A DNA stretch of 51,371 bases from a virus (lineage: Duplodnaviria; Caudoviricetes), in the IMG/VR virus record IMGVR_UViG_3300028792_000007, positions 1-51,371 of that record. The stretch is one strand, 5' to 3'. The translations under genes and the position numbers were made by a program. Below the pieces are notes generated by a model, which ran no database searches, had not been told where the DNA came from, and saw only the letters and a program-made list of their open reading frames with translations. The stretch's first letter is position 1. Each line of letters starts with the position of its first letter. Below, one piece after another: positions 25,715-35,450 of this stretch.

Positions 25715-27424
25715 GTGCGCGTGGACCAGGTGGTCCCCGTGCCCTGGCGCGGCCCTGAGTACGAGGGCGAGGTCCCGACCCTCGGCTACGACATCCTGGA
25801 CTGGATCACCGAGTACCTGATCGTCCCGGACGGTCCTTCCGCTGGTGAGCCGCTCGAGCTCACCGAGGAGCAGGCCCAGTTCGTCCTCAACTTCTACCGG
25901 GTCGACCCGAAGTTCCGGGGGCCGGCGATTGTCGGCCGGTCGATGGTCAACGCCCGGCTCACGAACCGTGCGGTCCTGTCTCGGCCGAAGGGCTGGGGCA
26001 AGTCCCCGCTCCTCGCGGCCCTCGGGCTCGTCGAGGGCCTGGGCGACGTGATCCTCGACGGCTGGGACGCCGACGGCGAGCCGGTCGCTCGGCCGTGGAC
26101 GTCGCTCGGGTTCAAGGCCCGGGTGCAGGTGCTGGCCACCAGCGAGGACCAGACCGCGAACACGTGGGACCCGATGCTGGAGATGGCCCGGAACAGCCCG
26201 GGCCTGTTCGACGACTACGGGATCGACCCGATGGAGACGTTCATTGCGATCCCCCGTGGCCGGATCGAGTACGCGACGTCAGCTGGTGACTCCCGTGAGG
26301 GTGGCCGGCCGGTGTTCGCGATCATGGACCAGACCGAGTCGTGGCGGAAGTCGAACGGCGGTGTCTCCCTGGCCGCCGCGGTACGACGGAACCTGACGAA
26401 GACGCAGGGGTCGTCGATCGAGTCGCCGAACGCGTTCAACCCTGGCGACAAGACGGTCGCGGAGATGTCGTTCAAAGCGGTCGAGGCGCAGCAGAAGCGC
26501 AAGGCCAGGGCGACGATCGTGCTCGACCACCGGGCGGCGCCGGCGGAGACGAACATCTACGACCACAAGTCGCTGAAGGATGGGCTGGCGATCGCCTACG
26601 GCGGGTCCGCCGACGTCAACGGCGGCTGGGTGAACCTCGAGCGGGTCATCGAGGACTTCTGGGACCCGGACTCCACAGTCGAGGACTCGCGCCGCTACTT
26701 CCTGAACCAGATCACCGAACGGTCCGACTCGTGGCTCTCGGCGCTGGAGCTCGAGGGGGTCAAGGCCTCCGACAAGGTCGTGAAGCCGGGCGAGCAGATC
26801 ACGCTCGGGTTCGACGGATCCCGCGGCCGCGCCCGTGGTGTCACCGACGCCACCGCGCTGATCGCGTGCCGTCTGTCCGACGGGCACATCTTCGAGCCGT
26901 TCACCGGTTCGCGGAAGTCGGTGTGGGAGCAGCCGGCCGACTGGCCGAAGGGCCAGATGTGGTCGCCGCCGGTCTCCGAGATCGAGGCGGCGGTCGCGGA
27001 CGCGTTCAGGACGTGGAAGGTCGTCGGGTTCTACGCCGACCCTGCGAAGTGGGAGTCCTACGTCGCCGGCTGGGAAGCGAAGTACGGCCGCAACCTGGTC
27101 GCGAAGTCGTCGGGTGTCCACCCCATCGAGTGGTGGATGGTCGGCGGTCGGTCCTCGAAAACGGTGATGGCGCTGGAGCAGTTCAAGAACGCCGTGCTCG
27201 ACAAGGAACTCACCTTCGACGGTGGGCTCTACCTGACGTCCCACCTGCTGCACGCCCGGATGATCCCCACCAGCACGGGTGTGCAGATCGCGAAGAGTCA
27301 CCCGGACTCCGCGGACAAGATCGACGCCGCGGTCGCCGCGGTGCTCGCCTGGCAGGCCCGGCTCGACGCCATCGCGCGGGGAGCCATGAAGAAGACCACG
27401 TCCGTGCCGAAGCGGATCCGCTGA
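25715..27424 (+). CDS. terL: Terminase large subunit
   Basis: Walker A RPKGWGKSP, Walker B-like AIMDQTE, RRYFLNQ, nuclease LGFDGS...DATAL, KIDAAVA. Start may be 25740. Confidence 0.95.
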   Translation: MRVDQVVPVPWRGPEYEGEVPTLGYDILDWITEYLIVPDGPSAGEPLELTEEQAQFVLNFYRVDPKFRGPAIVGRSMVNARLTNRAVLSRPKGWGKSPLLAALGLVEGLGDVILDGWDADGEPVARPWTSLGFKARVQVLATSEDQTANTWDPMLEMARNSPGLFDDYGIDPMETFIAIPRGRIEYATSAGDSREGGRPVFAIMDQTESWRKSNGGVSLAAAVRRNLTKTQGSSIESPNAFNPGDKTVAEMSFKAVEAQQKRKARATIVLDHRAAPAETNIYDHKSLKDGLAIAYGGSADVNGGWVNLERVIEDFWDPDSTVEDSRRYFLNQITERSDSWLSALELEGVKASDKVVKPGEQITLGFDGSRGRARGVTDATALIACRLSDGHIFEPFTGSRKSVWEQPADWPKGQMWSPPVSEIEAAVADAFRTWKVVGFYADPAKWESYVAGWEAKYGRNLVAKSSGVHPIEWWMVGGRSSKTVMALEQFKNAVLDKELTFDGGLYLTSHLLHARMIPTSTGVQIAKSHPDSADKIDAAVAAVLAWQARLDAIARGAMKKTTSVPKRIR

Positions 27425-27446
27425 CCATCCACGAAGGGAGACACCG

Positions 27447-28922
27447 GTGCCGATCGACGCGTCACAGCACGGCTCCCCCGGCTGGTGGATGGACCTCCTC
27501 GCGAAGCAGCTCGCCGCGAAGCAGCCCCGCTTCCGGATGCTCGACAGCTACTGGCGCGGCCAGCCGCCGTTGAGGACCGGGTCGAAGAACGAGCAGAAGG
27601 CGTTCTACGAGCTGCAGCAGATCGCCCGGTCGAACCTCGCGGCGCTGATCGTGCAGTCGCGCCGTGACCGGCTGTCGGTGCGGGCGATCCGCACGGCGGT
27701 CGACTTCGACGAGACCGGCGACGAGACCGCCTGGGACCTGTTCCTGGACAACAACCTCGAGGTGGCCATCCCCCAGCTGGCCGGCTACATCGGCACCTTC
27801 TCTGAGGGCTACCTCGCGAACGCCATGGACGGCGACCGGCAGATCATCACCGCGGAGGACCCGCGCGAGATGATCACGATCGAGGACGCCACCGGCCGCA
27901 CGGTCGCCGCGTTCAAGCTCACCCACGACTTCCTCGTCAACCGGGACTACGCCTACCTGTGGCTGCCGGGCGGGTACAAGTACGTGGGCTACCGGGACCG
28001 GAAGGCGTCCACACCGCGCACCCTCTTCGGTGGACCCCCGCCGCCGCCGAAGATCACGTTCGCGCCGCAGTCGTTCGACATGCTCCCGTTCCGGAACCCG
28101 GACGACGAGACGCAGGACCCGGAGGGTGTCTACTCCGAGCAGTACGACTTCCAGGACGTGCCCGTTGAGCCGGCACGCGAACCGGACGGCTTCGGGCTGT
28201 TCGAGAAGCACATCGGGCTCCTGGACCGGATCAACCACACGATCCTGCAGCGGGTCGTGATCGCGACCATGCAGGCGTTCAAGCAGCGCGGCCTCGAGCA
28301 GACCGATGGCCAGGAGATGCCGTCGCACGACGAGGACGGCCAGGAGATCGACTACAACGACATCTTCTCCGCCGACCCGGGCGCACTGTGGAAGCTGCCG
28401 CCGGGCGTGAAGATCTGGGAGTCCGGCCAGGTCGACCTGCAGGGCATTCTGCAGTCGGCGAAGGACGATGTCCTGCACCTCGCCGCGTTCTCCTCGACAC
28501 CGCTGTCCATGTTCACCCCGGACGCGGCCGCCCAGACCGCTGAGGGTGCCCAGCTGCAGCGTGAAGGCCTCGTGTTCTCGGTGGAGAACTTCCAGCGGAT
28601 CCTCGGCCGGGCGCTCGCCCGGTCGGTCGGGACCGCGTTCTCGATGTCCGGCGACTCGGACCGTGGAAATGCCGCGAAGATCCGGGTCGAGTGGACGCCG
28701 GCGGAGCGGTACTCCCTTGCCGAGCGCGCCTCCGCGGACTCGCAGGCCCAGTCCCTGACCTGGGAGCAGCGTCAGCGTGTCATCTGGCAGCAGACCCCTG
28801 ACGAGATCCGGCTCGCGGCCGCACAGCGTGCGCAGGACGCGATGCAGGCGCTCCTCGCCGCACAGCCGGCACCGAAGGGTGCTCCCGCTCCGGTGACGGT
28901 GTCTGGTGCCGGCGGCCGCTGA
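27447..28922 (+). CDS. Portal protein (SPP1 gp6-like)
   Basis: Position after terL; N.AALIV, DRIN, MQAFKQR, PGALWKLP, WESGQVD. Confidence 0.9.
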   Translation: MPIDASQHGSPGWWMDLLAKQLAAKQPRFRMLDSYWRGQPPLRTGSKNEQKAFYELQQIARSNLAALIVQSRRDRLSVRAIRTAVDFDETGDETAWDLFLDNNLEVAIPQLAGYIGTFSEGYLANAMDGDRQIITAEDPREMITIEDATGRTVAAFKLTHDFLVNRDYAYLWLPGGYKYVGYRDRKASTPRTLFGGPPPPPKITFAPQSFDMLPFRNPDDETQDPEGVYSEQYDFQDVPVEPAREPDGFGLFEKHIGLLDRINHTILQRVVIATMQAFKQRGLEQTDGQEMPSHDEDGQEIDYNDIFSADPGALWKLPPGVKIWESGQVDLQGILQSAKDDVLHLAAFSSTPLSMFTPDAAAQTAEGAQLQREGLVFSVENFQRILGRALARSVGTAFSMSGDSDRGNAAKIRVEWTPAERYSLAERASADSQAQSLTWEQRQRVIWQQTPDEIRLAAAQRAQDAMQALLAAQPAPKGAPAPVTVSGAGGR

Positions 28923-29766
28923 CACCGCGGCCGCTGCGGCATCGGTCGCGGCATACCAGCACGCGACCACCCAGCTGCGCGACAAGGTCGCCGGGTTCGT
29001 GGCCGCCACCTGGGCGGCGCTCGGGGCGTGGCGTGACGAGCAGATGCTCGAGTTCGTCCCGCAGGTCCTGCCGGTGATCCAGGGTGGCCAGGCGCAGATG
29101 TCGGCGCTGACCACCGCGTTCCTGGCCGAGCAGCGCCGCGCGGCGCTCGGCGGCGCGTTCACCCCGGTAGCTGTTCGCCCGGGCGATGTGACCGGTGCGG
29201 CGGCCCGGAACGGCGTTCCGCTCGAGGAGGTGTACTCGAGGCCCTTCCACACGGTGTGGCGGGACCTGTCCAACGGAACGTCGCTCGACAAGGCCGTCGA
29301 GCACGGGCTGCAGCAGGCGCAGACCAGCGCGGTGACCGACCTGCAGCGCACCAAGACGCTGGCCTCTCAGCAGGTGCTGAAGGACGCGAAGAACGTCGTC
29401 GGCTACCGCCGGCTCCTCGAGGGTCCGAGGAACTGCGGGCTGTGCATCGTGGCGTCGACCCAGCGGTACCGCCAGGGCGAGCTGCTGCCGATCCATCCGG
29501 GCTGTGACTGTGGCGTCGACACGATCTACGGCGACGAGGACCCTGGCCTGCTCTTGGACGAGCAGCTCCTGCAGGACGCGCACGCCGCGATCCAGGAGCG
29601 GTTCGGGGTCTCTGACTCGGGTGCCCGGACGCCGGACTACCGGAAGCTCATCCTCGTCCGCGAGCACGGCGAGCTTGGCCCGGTCCTCACCGTGGCCGGC
29701 CACAAGTTCACCGCCCGAGAGGCGAAGCGGTCAGGGCTCGACCTGACCGGCGTCACGCACCTGTGA
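28906..29766 (+). CDS. Capsid maturation protein (MuF/minor-head-like)
   Basis: GYRRLL...NCGLCIVASTQRY...PIHPGCDC, EHGELGP; between portal and scaffold. Confidence 0.75.
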   Translation: MPAAADTAAAAASVAAYQHATTQLRDKVAGFVAATWAALGAWRDEQMLEFVPQVLPVIQGGQAQMSALTTAFLAEQRRAALGGAFTPVAVRPGDVTGAAARNGVPLEEVYSRPFHTVWRDLSNGTSLDKAVEHGLQQAQTSAVTDLQRTKTLASQQVLKDAKNVVGYRRLLEGPRNCGLCIVASTQRYRQGELLPIHPGCDCGVDTIYGDEDPGLLLDEQLLQDAHAAIQERFGVSDSGARTPDYRKLILVREHGELGPVLTVAGHKFTAREAKRSGLDLTGVTHL

Positions 29767-29826
29767 CAGCCCCCGTTCGGGCTGTCCTTTCCACCTCCAC
29801 CAACCCCGACAAGGGAGACCGCCGTC

Positions 29827-30627
29827 ATGGCTCACAGCAACAACCCGTTCATCGTCCGCGACCAGCGGATGGCCGACCTCGGCATCGACCCGATCTGGGT
29901 GTCCCCGTCGGGCCGGAAGTTCTACCCGATCGCCGGCGGTGCGCCCGACGGCGACGAGGGTGGCGCCGGCGGCGGTGCCGGTGCTGGTGCTGGTGCCGGG
30001 GACGGCGGCCAGGGCGGCCAGGGCGGTGGTCAGCAGAACGACCCCGGGTTCCCGGCCAACACGCGGGTCGAGGACATGAACCCGGCGCAGCAGGCCGCCT
30101 ACCACCGGACCCAGTCCACGAAGTGGCAGGGCCGGGCGCAGAACAACTACGGCATCCTCGAGAAGCTCGGGGTGAAGTCCGCCGAGGAGGCCGACGCGCT
30201 GCTCGCGAAGGTCACCCGGCACGACGAGCTCGAGCAGGAGCTCATGTCCGACAAGGACAAGGCCGCGGCCGATGCCGCAAAGACGGCGGCCGCGCAGGCC
30301 AACGAGAAGTACCAGCCGCAGCTGGTCCGGGCGAAGCTCGAGACCGTCGCTGCACGCAAGTTCGGCGACACGCTCACCGACGAGGAGCTCGACACCATCC
30401 TCGAGCCGCTGGACATGCGGAAGTTCCTGACCAGCTCCGGAGACGTGGACACCGCCAAGGTGACCGCCTACGTCGACGGTCTGACGCCCGCCAAGGGCAC
30501 CTCGCGCACGCGACAGGCCGGGCCCACCGTGAACGGCCTCGGGCACAAGCCCGTCCGCCAGAACGGCCCCGGCGAGCAGGGCAAGGCCATGGCCGAGAAG
30601 CGCTTCGGCAAGCCCACCACCGCCTGA
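29827..30627 (+). CDS. Capsid scaffolding protein
   Basis: Gly-rich N-terminus and helical charged core; GFPANT.VEDM..QQAAY; before decoration and MCP genes. Confidence 0.8.
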   Translation: MAHSNNPFIVRDQRMADLGIDPIWVSPSGRKFYPIAGGAPDGDEGGAGGGAGAGAGAGDGGQGGQGGGQQNDPGFPANTRVEDMNPAQQAAYHRTQSTKWQGRAQNNYGILEKLGVKSAEEADALLAKVTRHDELEQELMSDKDKAAADAAKTAAAQANEKYQPQLVRAKLETVAARKFGDTLTDEELDTILEPLDMRKFLTSSGDVDTAKVTAYVDGLTPAKGTSRTRQAGPTVNGLGHKPVRQNGPGEQGKAMAEKRFGKPTTA

Positions 30628-30673
30628 CGCGTCCGCACCGTCAACCGAGTCTCCACACGAGAAAGGGTCAGTG

Positions 30674-31102
30674 ATGACCGACATCGCCGTTTACACCCAG
30701 CCGTTCCAGTCCGAGAACCTGGAGTGGGACCTCACGCCCCCGGAGAACGCGTGGGCCCTCAACGGGACCCTCGACGTCAGCCTCTTCAACGCCGCCCAGC
30801 ACTACCCGAACGGGTTCATCCCGTCCGGCACCGTGCTCGGCAAGAAGACCGCCGGCGGCGCCCTCGGCCCCTACCTGGACACCGCCGTCGACGGCACCCA
30901 GACCGCGGTCGGGATCCTGCGCGCCAGCATCCAGGTCCTGCAGCCCAACGGCACCGCCAAGACCAAGGTCGGGGTGGGCTACATGGTCCACGGCCTCGTC
31001 TCCGCCTCCAAGCTGCCGCTGACGTCGGGCACCGCCGCTCTCGGCGGCTACATCGACGCCAACGGGCAGGCCGACCTCAAGCTCGTCTACTTCGCCGCCT
31101 GA
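30674..31102 (+). CDS. Head decoration protein (lambda gpD-like)
   Basis: HYPNGFIPSGTVLGK...YLD...DGTQTAVGIL. Confidence 0.85.
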   Translation: MTDIAVYTQPFQSENLEWDLTPPENAWALNGTLDVSLFNAAQHYPNGFIPSGTVLGKKTAGGALGPYLDTAVDGTQTAVGILRASIQVLQPNGTAKTKVGVGYMVHGLVSASKLPLTSGTAALGGYIDANGQADLKLVYFAA

Positions 31103-31142
31103 CCGGCCGCGACACGAGACCAGAACAGAAAGCGACCTCATC

Positions 31143-32186
31143 ATGATCGTTTACGACGGCCCGGTCCTGCCCGACGACCTGACGACCTTCGTCCGCCAGG
31201 TCCCGCAGCCCGCGAACTTCATCCTCAACCAGGTGCTCCCCGACGTCTACGTCCAGTCCAACCGGATCGACGTCGGCCAGATCACCCGCACGAACCGCAC
31301 CGCCCGGTTCCGCTCCTACGACGGCGCGATCCACTCCGCCCGCCGCGACGTCGCCCAGGTGTCGTCCGTGCAGCTCCCGCCGCTGTCGGACAGCCTGCAG
31401 ATGGGTGAGCTCGAGCGTCTCCGCCTCGAGTACGCCCGCACCGGTGGCACCAACCAGAACGCGTTCGTCGACGCCATCTACGACGACGCCACCACGCTGA
31501 CGCAGAACTCGCTGAACCGCATGGAGCTCGCCCGAGGTGACCTCCTCACCGACGGCAAGTTCACCATGCTCTCCGCGAACGGTGAGCCGGCCCTCGAGGC
31601 CGACTTCGGTGTCCCGGGCGGCAACTTCGTCACCCCGGCCGGTGCGCTGTGGTCGAACATCGGCTCCGCGGACCCGCTCACCGACGTGAACGCGTGGGTG
31701 ACCGCCTACATCGCGACCAACGGGTTCCCCCCCGGCGGCATGTGGATCAACCGCACGATCCTCAACAACCTGCTGTCGAACTCGACGCTGCGGACCGCGA
31801 CCGGCAACATCCTCGGCACCACCACGCTGCTCACCCGGGCGACGCTGGACCAGGTGTTCGAGGCCCGCGGGTTCCCGCCGATCCTGGGTGTCTACGACTC
31901 CCAGGTCGACGTGGACGGCACCGCCACCCGGATCACCCCGGCCAACAAGGTGATCTTCGTACCGCCGGCCGGTGTCCCGTTCGGTCGCACCGTCTGGGGT
32001 GTCTCGGCCACCGCGCTCGAGCTCGTCGACTCCGCCGACACGGACATGTCCTTCGAGGACGCGCCCGGCATCGTCGGTGTCGTCGAGAAGGACGGCCCGC
32101 CCTACCGCCAGTTCGTGTTCGTCGACGCGGTCGGCATGCCGGTCCTCGACAACCCGCGCACCCTCATGGTCGCCACCGTCGGCTGA
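31143..32186 (+). CDS. Major capsid protein (lambda gpE-like, HK97 fold)
   Basis: ARFRSYD, LPPLS..LQMGELERL, RMELARG.LL.DGK, DFGVP, DPLTD, MPVL. Confidence 0.9.
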   Translation: MIVYDGPVLPDDLTTFVRQVPQPANFILNQVLPDVYVQSNRIDVGQITRTNRTARFRSYDGAIHSARRDVAQVSSVQLPPLSDSLQMGELERLRLEYARTGGTNQNAFVDAIYDDATTLTQNSLNRMELARGDLLTDGKFTMLSANGEPALEADFGVPGGNFVTPAGALWSNIGSADPLTDVNAWVTAYIATNGFPPGGMWINRTILNNLLSNSTLRTATGNILGTTTLLTRATLDQVFEARGFPPILGVYDSQVDVDGTATRITPANKVIFVPPAGVPFGRTVWGVSATALELVDSADTDMSFEDAPGIVGVVEKDGPPYRQFVFVDAVGMPVLDNPRTLMVATVG

Positions 32187-32194
32187 CCCCGCCC

Positions 32195-32234
32195 GCTGCC
32201 GCGGCCGCCCCCTTACCCGGGCGGCCGCGGCAGC
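32195..32234 (+). terminator. Hairpin after the major capsid gene
   Basis: 16-bp perfect stem GCTGCCGCGGCCGCCC / GGGCGGCCGCGGCAGC. Confidence 0.7.
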
Positions 32235-32277
32235 GCCAGCACGCTCCACCCTCAGAAGCCAGACAGGAAGGGCCACC

Positions 32278-32604
32278 ATGGGCCAGCTCGCCTACACCGT
32301 GTACGTGAAGGACCCCAAGACCAACGAGGACGTCGCCTACGGTCCCGACAGCGACGACATCCCAGGCTGGGCGCTGAAGCAGATGGGCGACCACTGCTTC
32401 GAGGACGGCCAGAAGACCGACAGCGACGACGAGCCGGACGGCCAGGTCGCCTACAGCAAGCAGAACGTGCCCGACCTCGAGGCCGAGATCGAGCGCCGCA
32501 ACAACGACCGTGCCGACGACGACCAGATCGTCGTCGGCGGCAAGGGCAACAAGGCCGACCTGGTCGCGGCCCTCGAGGCCGACGACGCGGCCCACGCCGA
32601 GTAG
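32278..32604 (+). CDS. Small head-associated protein with HeH/Rho-N-like C-terminus
   Basis: AGGAAGG RBS; YGP...IP.W; YSKQNVPDL...GNKADLVAALE. Confidence 0.75.
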   Translation: MGQLAYTVYVKDPKTNEDVAYGPDSDDIPGWALKQMGDHCFEDGQKTDSDDEPDGQVAYSKQNVPDLEAEIERRNNDRADDDQIVVGGKGNKADLVAALEADDAAHAE

Positions 32605-32684
32605 TAACCCCGCTCCGGTGGAGCGGGCAGCCGACCGTGCCGGCAGCCCGCTCCACCACCTTGGTCCCAGAGGAGGTCACCGTC

Positions 32685-33230
32685 ATGCTCGTCGTCCCCA
32701 ACGGCACCAACGCGCTCGCGAGCGCCGAGGACGTCGCCGAGATCTGGCGTGACCTGTCCACCGACGAGGAGACCCGCGCGAGCGACCTGTGCGCCCGCGC
32801 CTCGGTGCTGCTCCGGCAGCGGCTGAGGAACATCGACGACCGCATCGAGCTCAACCAGACCGACCCCACCGCGGTCGCCGCGCTCGACCCGGGCACCGTC
32901 GCCACCGTGGTGGCCACCATGGTGAAGCGGGTCATGGTCAACGCCGACGGCGCGTTCAGCCGCAGCAAGACCACAGGACCGTTCGCGGAGTCCGTCACCT
33001 ACGTCGCCGGCCGCGCCGGCGAGTCGAAGGCGGCCGCGAACCTCGGCGAGCTCGTCGTCACCGACGCCGACGTCGCCAAGCTCACCCCCCGCACCCGGGT
33101 CGGTCAGCCGCACAGCATCAAGGTCAAGGCCGGGCTCGCAGCCCGCCACCGACCCCTCACCGACGCGGAGATCACCGACAGCCTCGTCGGGTACCCGACC
33201 GTCGACGGCATCAACCCGGCCGGGTACTGA
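32685..33230 (+). CDS. Head-to-tail adaptor
   Basis: AGGAGG RBS; LAS.EDV...WR.L, MVKRVMVN.DG, TTGPF. Confidence 0.8.
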   Translation: MLVVPNGTNALASAEDVAEIWRDLSTDEETRASDLCARASVLLRQRLRNIDDRIELNQTDPTAVAALDPGTVATVVATMVKRVMVNADGAFSRSKTTGPFAESVTYVAGRAGESKAAANLGELVVTDADVAKLTPRTRVGQPHSIKVKAGLAARHRPLTDAEITDSLVGYPTVDGINPAGY

Positions 33231-33583
33231 TGCCCGGGTTCACCCTGACCGTCCGCCGCCCCGGGGCGCGCGGAAAGTTCGGTGCCCGCTCCACCGGCAC
33301 CACCCACCCGGTGCCGGGCTGCATCGCGGCCCCGGCCGGGTCCAGCGAGCTCAACGCCGGCGAGACCACCGTCTTGGACCGGGACACCATCTACGGCCCC
33401 TACGAGGCGGACGTGCAGTCCCAGGACATCGTCACCATCCCCGCCGGGCAGCCGATCCCGGCCGGTGACTACGAGGTCGACGGCACCCCGGCCCGCTGGG
33501 CGGACATCTCCACCGGAGCCGGCGTCGGTTGCGTGATCAAGCTGGTCAACCCGAACGCCGCCACCACCGGAGGTGCACCGTGA
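33230..33583 (+). CDS. Head-to-tail stopper
   Basis: Position; GC..AP, IYGP..ADV, YEVDGTPARW. Confidence 0.75.
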   Translation: MPGFTLTVRRPGARGKFGARSTGTTHPVPGCIAAPAGSSELNAGETTVLDRDTIYGPYEADVQSQDIVTIPAGQPIPAGDYEVDGTPARWADISTGAGVGCVIKLVNPNAATTGGAP

Positions 33584-33924
33584 CCGACCAGGTGCGCTAC
33601 AAGCCCGACCGTCGAGGCACCGCACAACTGATGCGGACCAGCGAGATGGAGGGCGCGATGATGCTGTCCTGCTTCGACGCGATCCCGTTCGCGAAGGCGA
33701 TCAGCCCCGACGCCCCGCCCTACGGGGAGGGCTACATCGCGGAGTTCCGGGTCGAGGGCGGCCGGGCCCGGCTCGCCGGCGCCACCCGGGCGACCGGCCG
33801 ACTCGTCAACGACTCCGACCACGCCACCGCCGTCGAGCTCGGCCAGTTCGGCGACGTGTCCCGCGCCGACACCGGCCACCACGTGCTCGCCCGTGCACTC
33901 GACGTGATCGAGCACGGCGAATGA
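33580..33924 (+). CDS. Neck/tail-completion protein (HK97 gp10-like)
   Basis: Position; VNDSDHATAVELG...HHVLARA. Confidence 0.7.
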   Translation: MTDQVRYKPDRRGTAQLMRTSEMEGAMMLSCFDAIPFAKAISPDAPPYGEGYIAEFRVEGGRARLAGATRATGRLVNDSDHATAVELGQFGDVSRADTGHHVLARALDVIEHGE

Positions 33925-34355
33925 GCCGCAACGCACCACCGGCCGACGTCGAACCGGCCGTCATGGTGTACCTCGCCGACCTCGCCGACGTCCTCGACAC
34001 GTGGACCCCGGCGGACCTCAAGGAGCTCCTGCAGACCGGGAAGACCGTGCTGCGGGTCAAGAGGATCGGGGGCGGCGCCGGGGAAACCACCGACGACCCC
34101 CGGGTCAGCGTCCAGGCGTTCACCGCCCGCACCGGCACCACCCCCCGGTCGAGCCAGAAGCTCCTCGGACAGGTCACATCGAAGGTCCTCAACATCCGCA
34201 CCGACGCCGGACCCGTCGAGGTCCCGGCCGAGCTCGGTGGCGGGATCGTCCGCTTCGACAGCGGACACCTCGAGTCAGGGCCTGTAGAGCTGCCCTGGCC
34301 CGACCCGGATGTTCTCCTCGCGGAGTGCATCTACCGGATCAGCACCCGACGCTGA
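33921..34355 (+). CDS. Tail terminator
   Basis: Position before the major tail gene; DVE, LRVKRIGG, P.VSVQAF. Confidence 0.75.
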   Translation: MSRNAPPADVEPAVMVYLADLADVLDTWTPADLKELLQTGKTVLRVKRIGGGAGETTDDPRVSVQAFTARTGTTPRSSQKLLGQVTSKVLNIRTDAGPVEVPAELGGGIVRFDSGHLESGPVELPWPDPDVLLAECIYRISTRR

Positions 34356-34400
34356 CCCGGGCCCTTCCACACCCCAACCAGCAAGAAAGCAGGTAAGGCC

Positions 34401-35075
34401 ATGCCGCAGTTCAACGGCGTAGTCGCTCACAAGGACGAGCTGGTGCGTAAGGCGCTCGGCACCATCGTCGCGATCGCTCCCATGACCACCGCCGCGGTCA
34501 CCACCATCCTCGACTCCGCGGACGGCAGCCTCAAGGCGCTCCCGGTCGGCTGGGTCCAGCTGGGCCGGTGCACCGAGGACGGGATCACCTGGCCCCGCGA
34601 GACCGAGGTGTCCGAGCTGTTCGGGATGGGGTCCACCGGCCCGGCCCGCTCCGACATCCGGCGCGCCACCAAGCGCGTCTCCCTGACCCTGCTCGAGGTC
34701 CGACGTGCCGCCCTCGAGCTCGCCCAGGGCATCGACCTGACCGCGGTCACCACGACCCGCACCCCGGTCACCACTGGTTCGGCCAGTGTCACCTGGGACG
34801 AGCCGCAGCTGCCGACGTACCCGTACATGCGGCTCCTGGCGATCTCCCGGGACATCACCGACACCGGCGAGATCTACGTCGCCAAGCAGCTCACCCGCTG
34901 CCGTGTCACCGAGGTCGGCGAGGAGACCTGGTCCGACCAGGACCAGGCGATGGTCACCCAGCTGACGTGGACCGCCTACCACGACTCCACGGCCGGCACC
35001 GCGATGCGCCACTTCCGCGGTGGCCCGGGCTACGCCTCCATCGTCGCGACCGAGGGCTTCCCGGCCGCCACGTGA
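34401..35075 (+). CDS. Major tail protein
   Basis: LPVGWVQLG.CTEDG, G.GSTGPARSD, GGPG; followed by a hairpin. Confidence 0.85.
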   Translation: MPQFNGVVAHKDELVRKALGTIVAIAPMTTAAVTTILDSADGSLKALPVGWVQLGRCTEDGITWPRETEVSELFGMGSTGPARSDIRRATKRVSLTLLEVRRAALELAQGIDLTAVTTTRTPVTTGSASVTWDEPQLPTYPYMRLLAISRDITDTGEIYVAKQLTRCRVTEVGEETWSDQDQAMVTQLTWTAYHDSTAGTAMRHFRGGPGYASIVATEGFPAAT

Positions 35076-35082
35076 TCCACGT

Positions 35083-35117
35083 CCGGGACGCCGCCGTTGT
35101 GAGCGGCGGCGTCCCGG
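35083..35117 (+). terminator. Hairpin after the major tail gene
   Basis: 14-bp stem CCGGGACGCCGCCG / CGGCGGCGTCCCGG. Confidence 0.65.
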
Positions 35118-35165
35118 TCACCTGCACCATCACCGCCCTGCCCGACCCGAAGCAAGGAGCCGACC

Positions 35166-35450
35166 GTGAGCAAGACCGTGCTGGTTCTCCCCGAGAACCA
35201 CCCGCGCAACCCCAAGCGCATCGAAACCTCCGACCCGACCGAGATCACCCAGCTGATCTCCGAGGGCTACAAGCCGCTCAGCGACGAGGACCTCGCCGCT
35301 GAGAAGGCCGCAGCCGACAAGGCCGCAGAGGACCTCGCCGCTGAGAAGGCCGCAGCCGACAAGGCGGCCGCCGAGAAGAACACCGGCAGCGAGCTCGGCA
35401 ACGCCGGCGAGAAGGCCGACAAGCCGGGCACCCGCGGTGGCGCCCGGTGA
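35166..35450 (+). CDS. Small tail-region protein with AAEKAAADK repeats
   Basis: AAGGAG RBS; TSDPTEITQLISEGY plus Ala/Lys/Glu repeats. Confidence 0.75.
   Translation: MSKTVLVLPENHPRNPKRIETSDPTEITQLISEGYKPLSDEDLAAEKAAADKAAEDLAAEKAAADKAAAEKNTGSELGNAGEKADKPGTRGGAR
35286..35365 (+). repeat. 42-bp tandem duplication
   Basis: GAGGACCTCGCCGCTGAGAAGGCCGCAGCCGACAAGGC at 35286 and 35328. Confidence 0.9.

Noticed and set aside
27462-29354. Long antisense ORFs (also 13087-14271, 38153-40144, 41143-42765, 44373-46268)
   Set aside because: Shadow ORFs expected from high GC3 codon bias opposite well-supported genes; no recognisable motifs.
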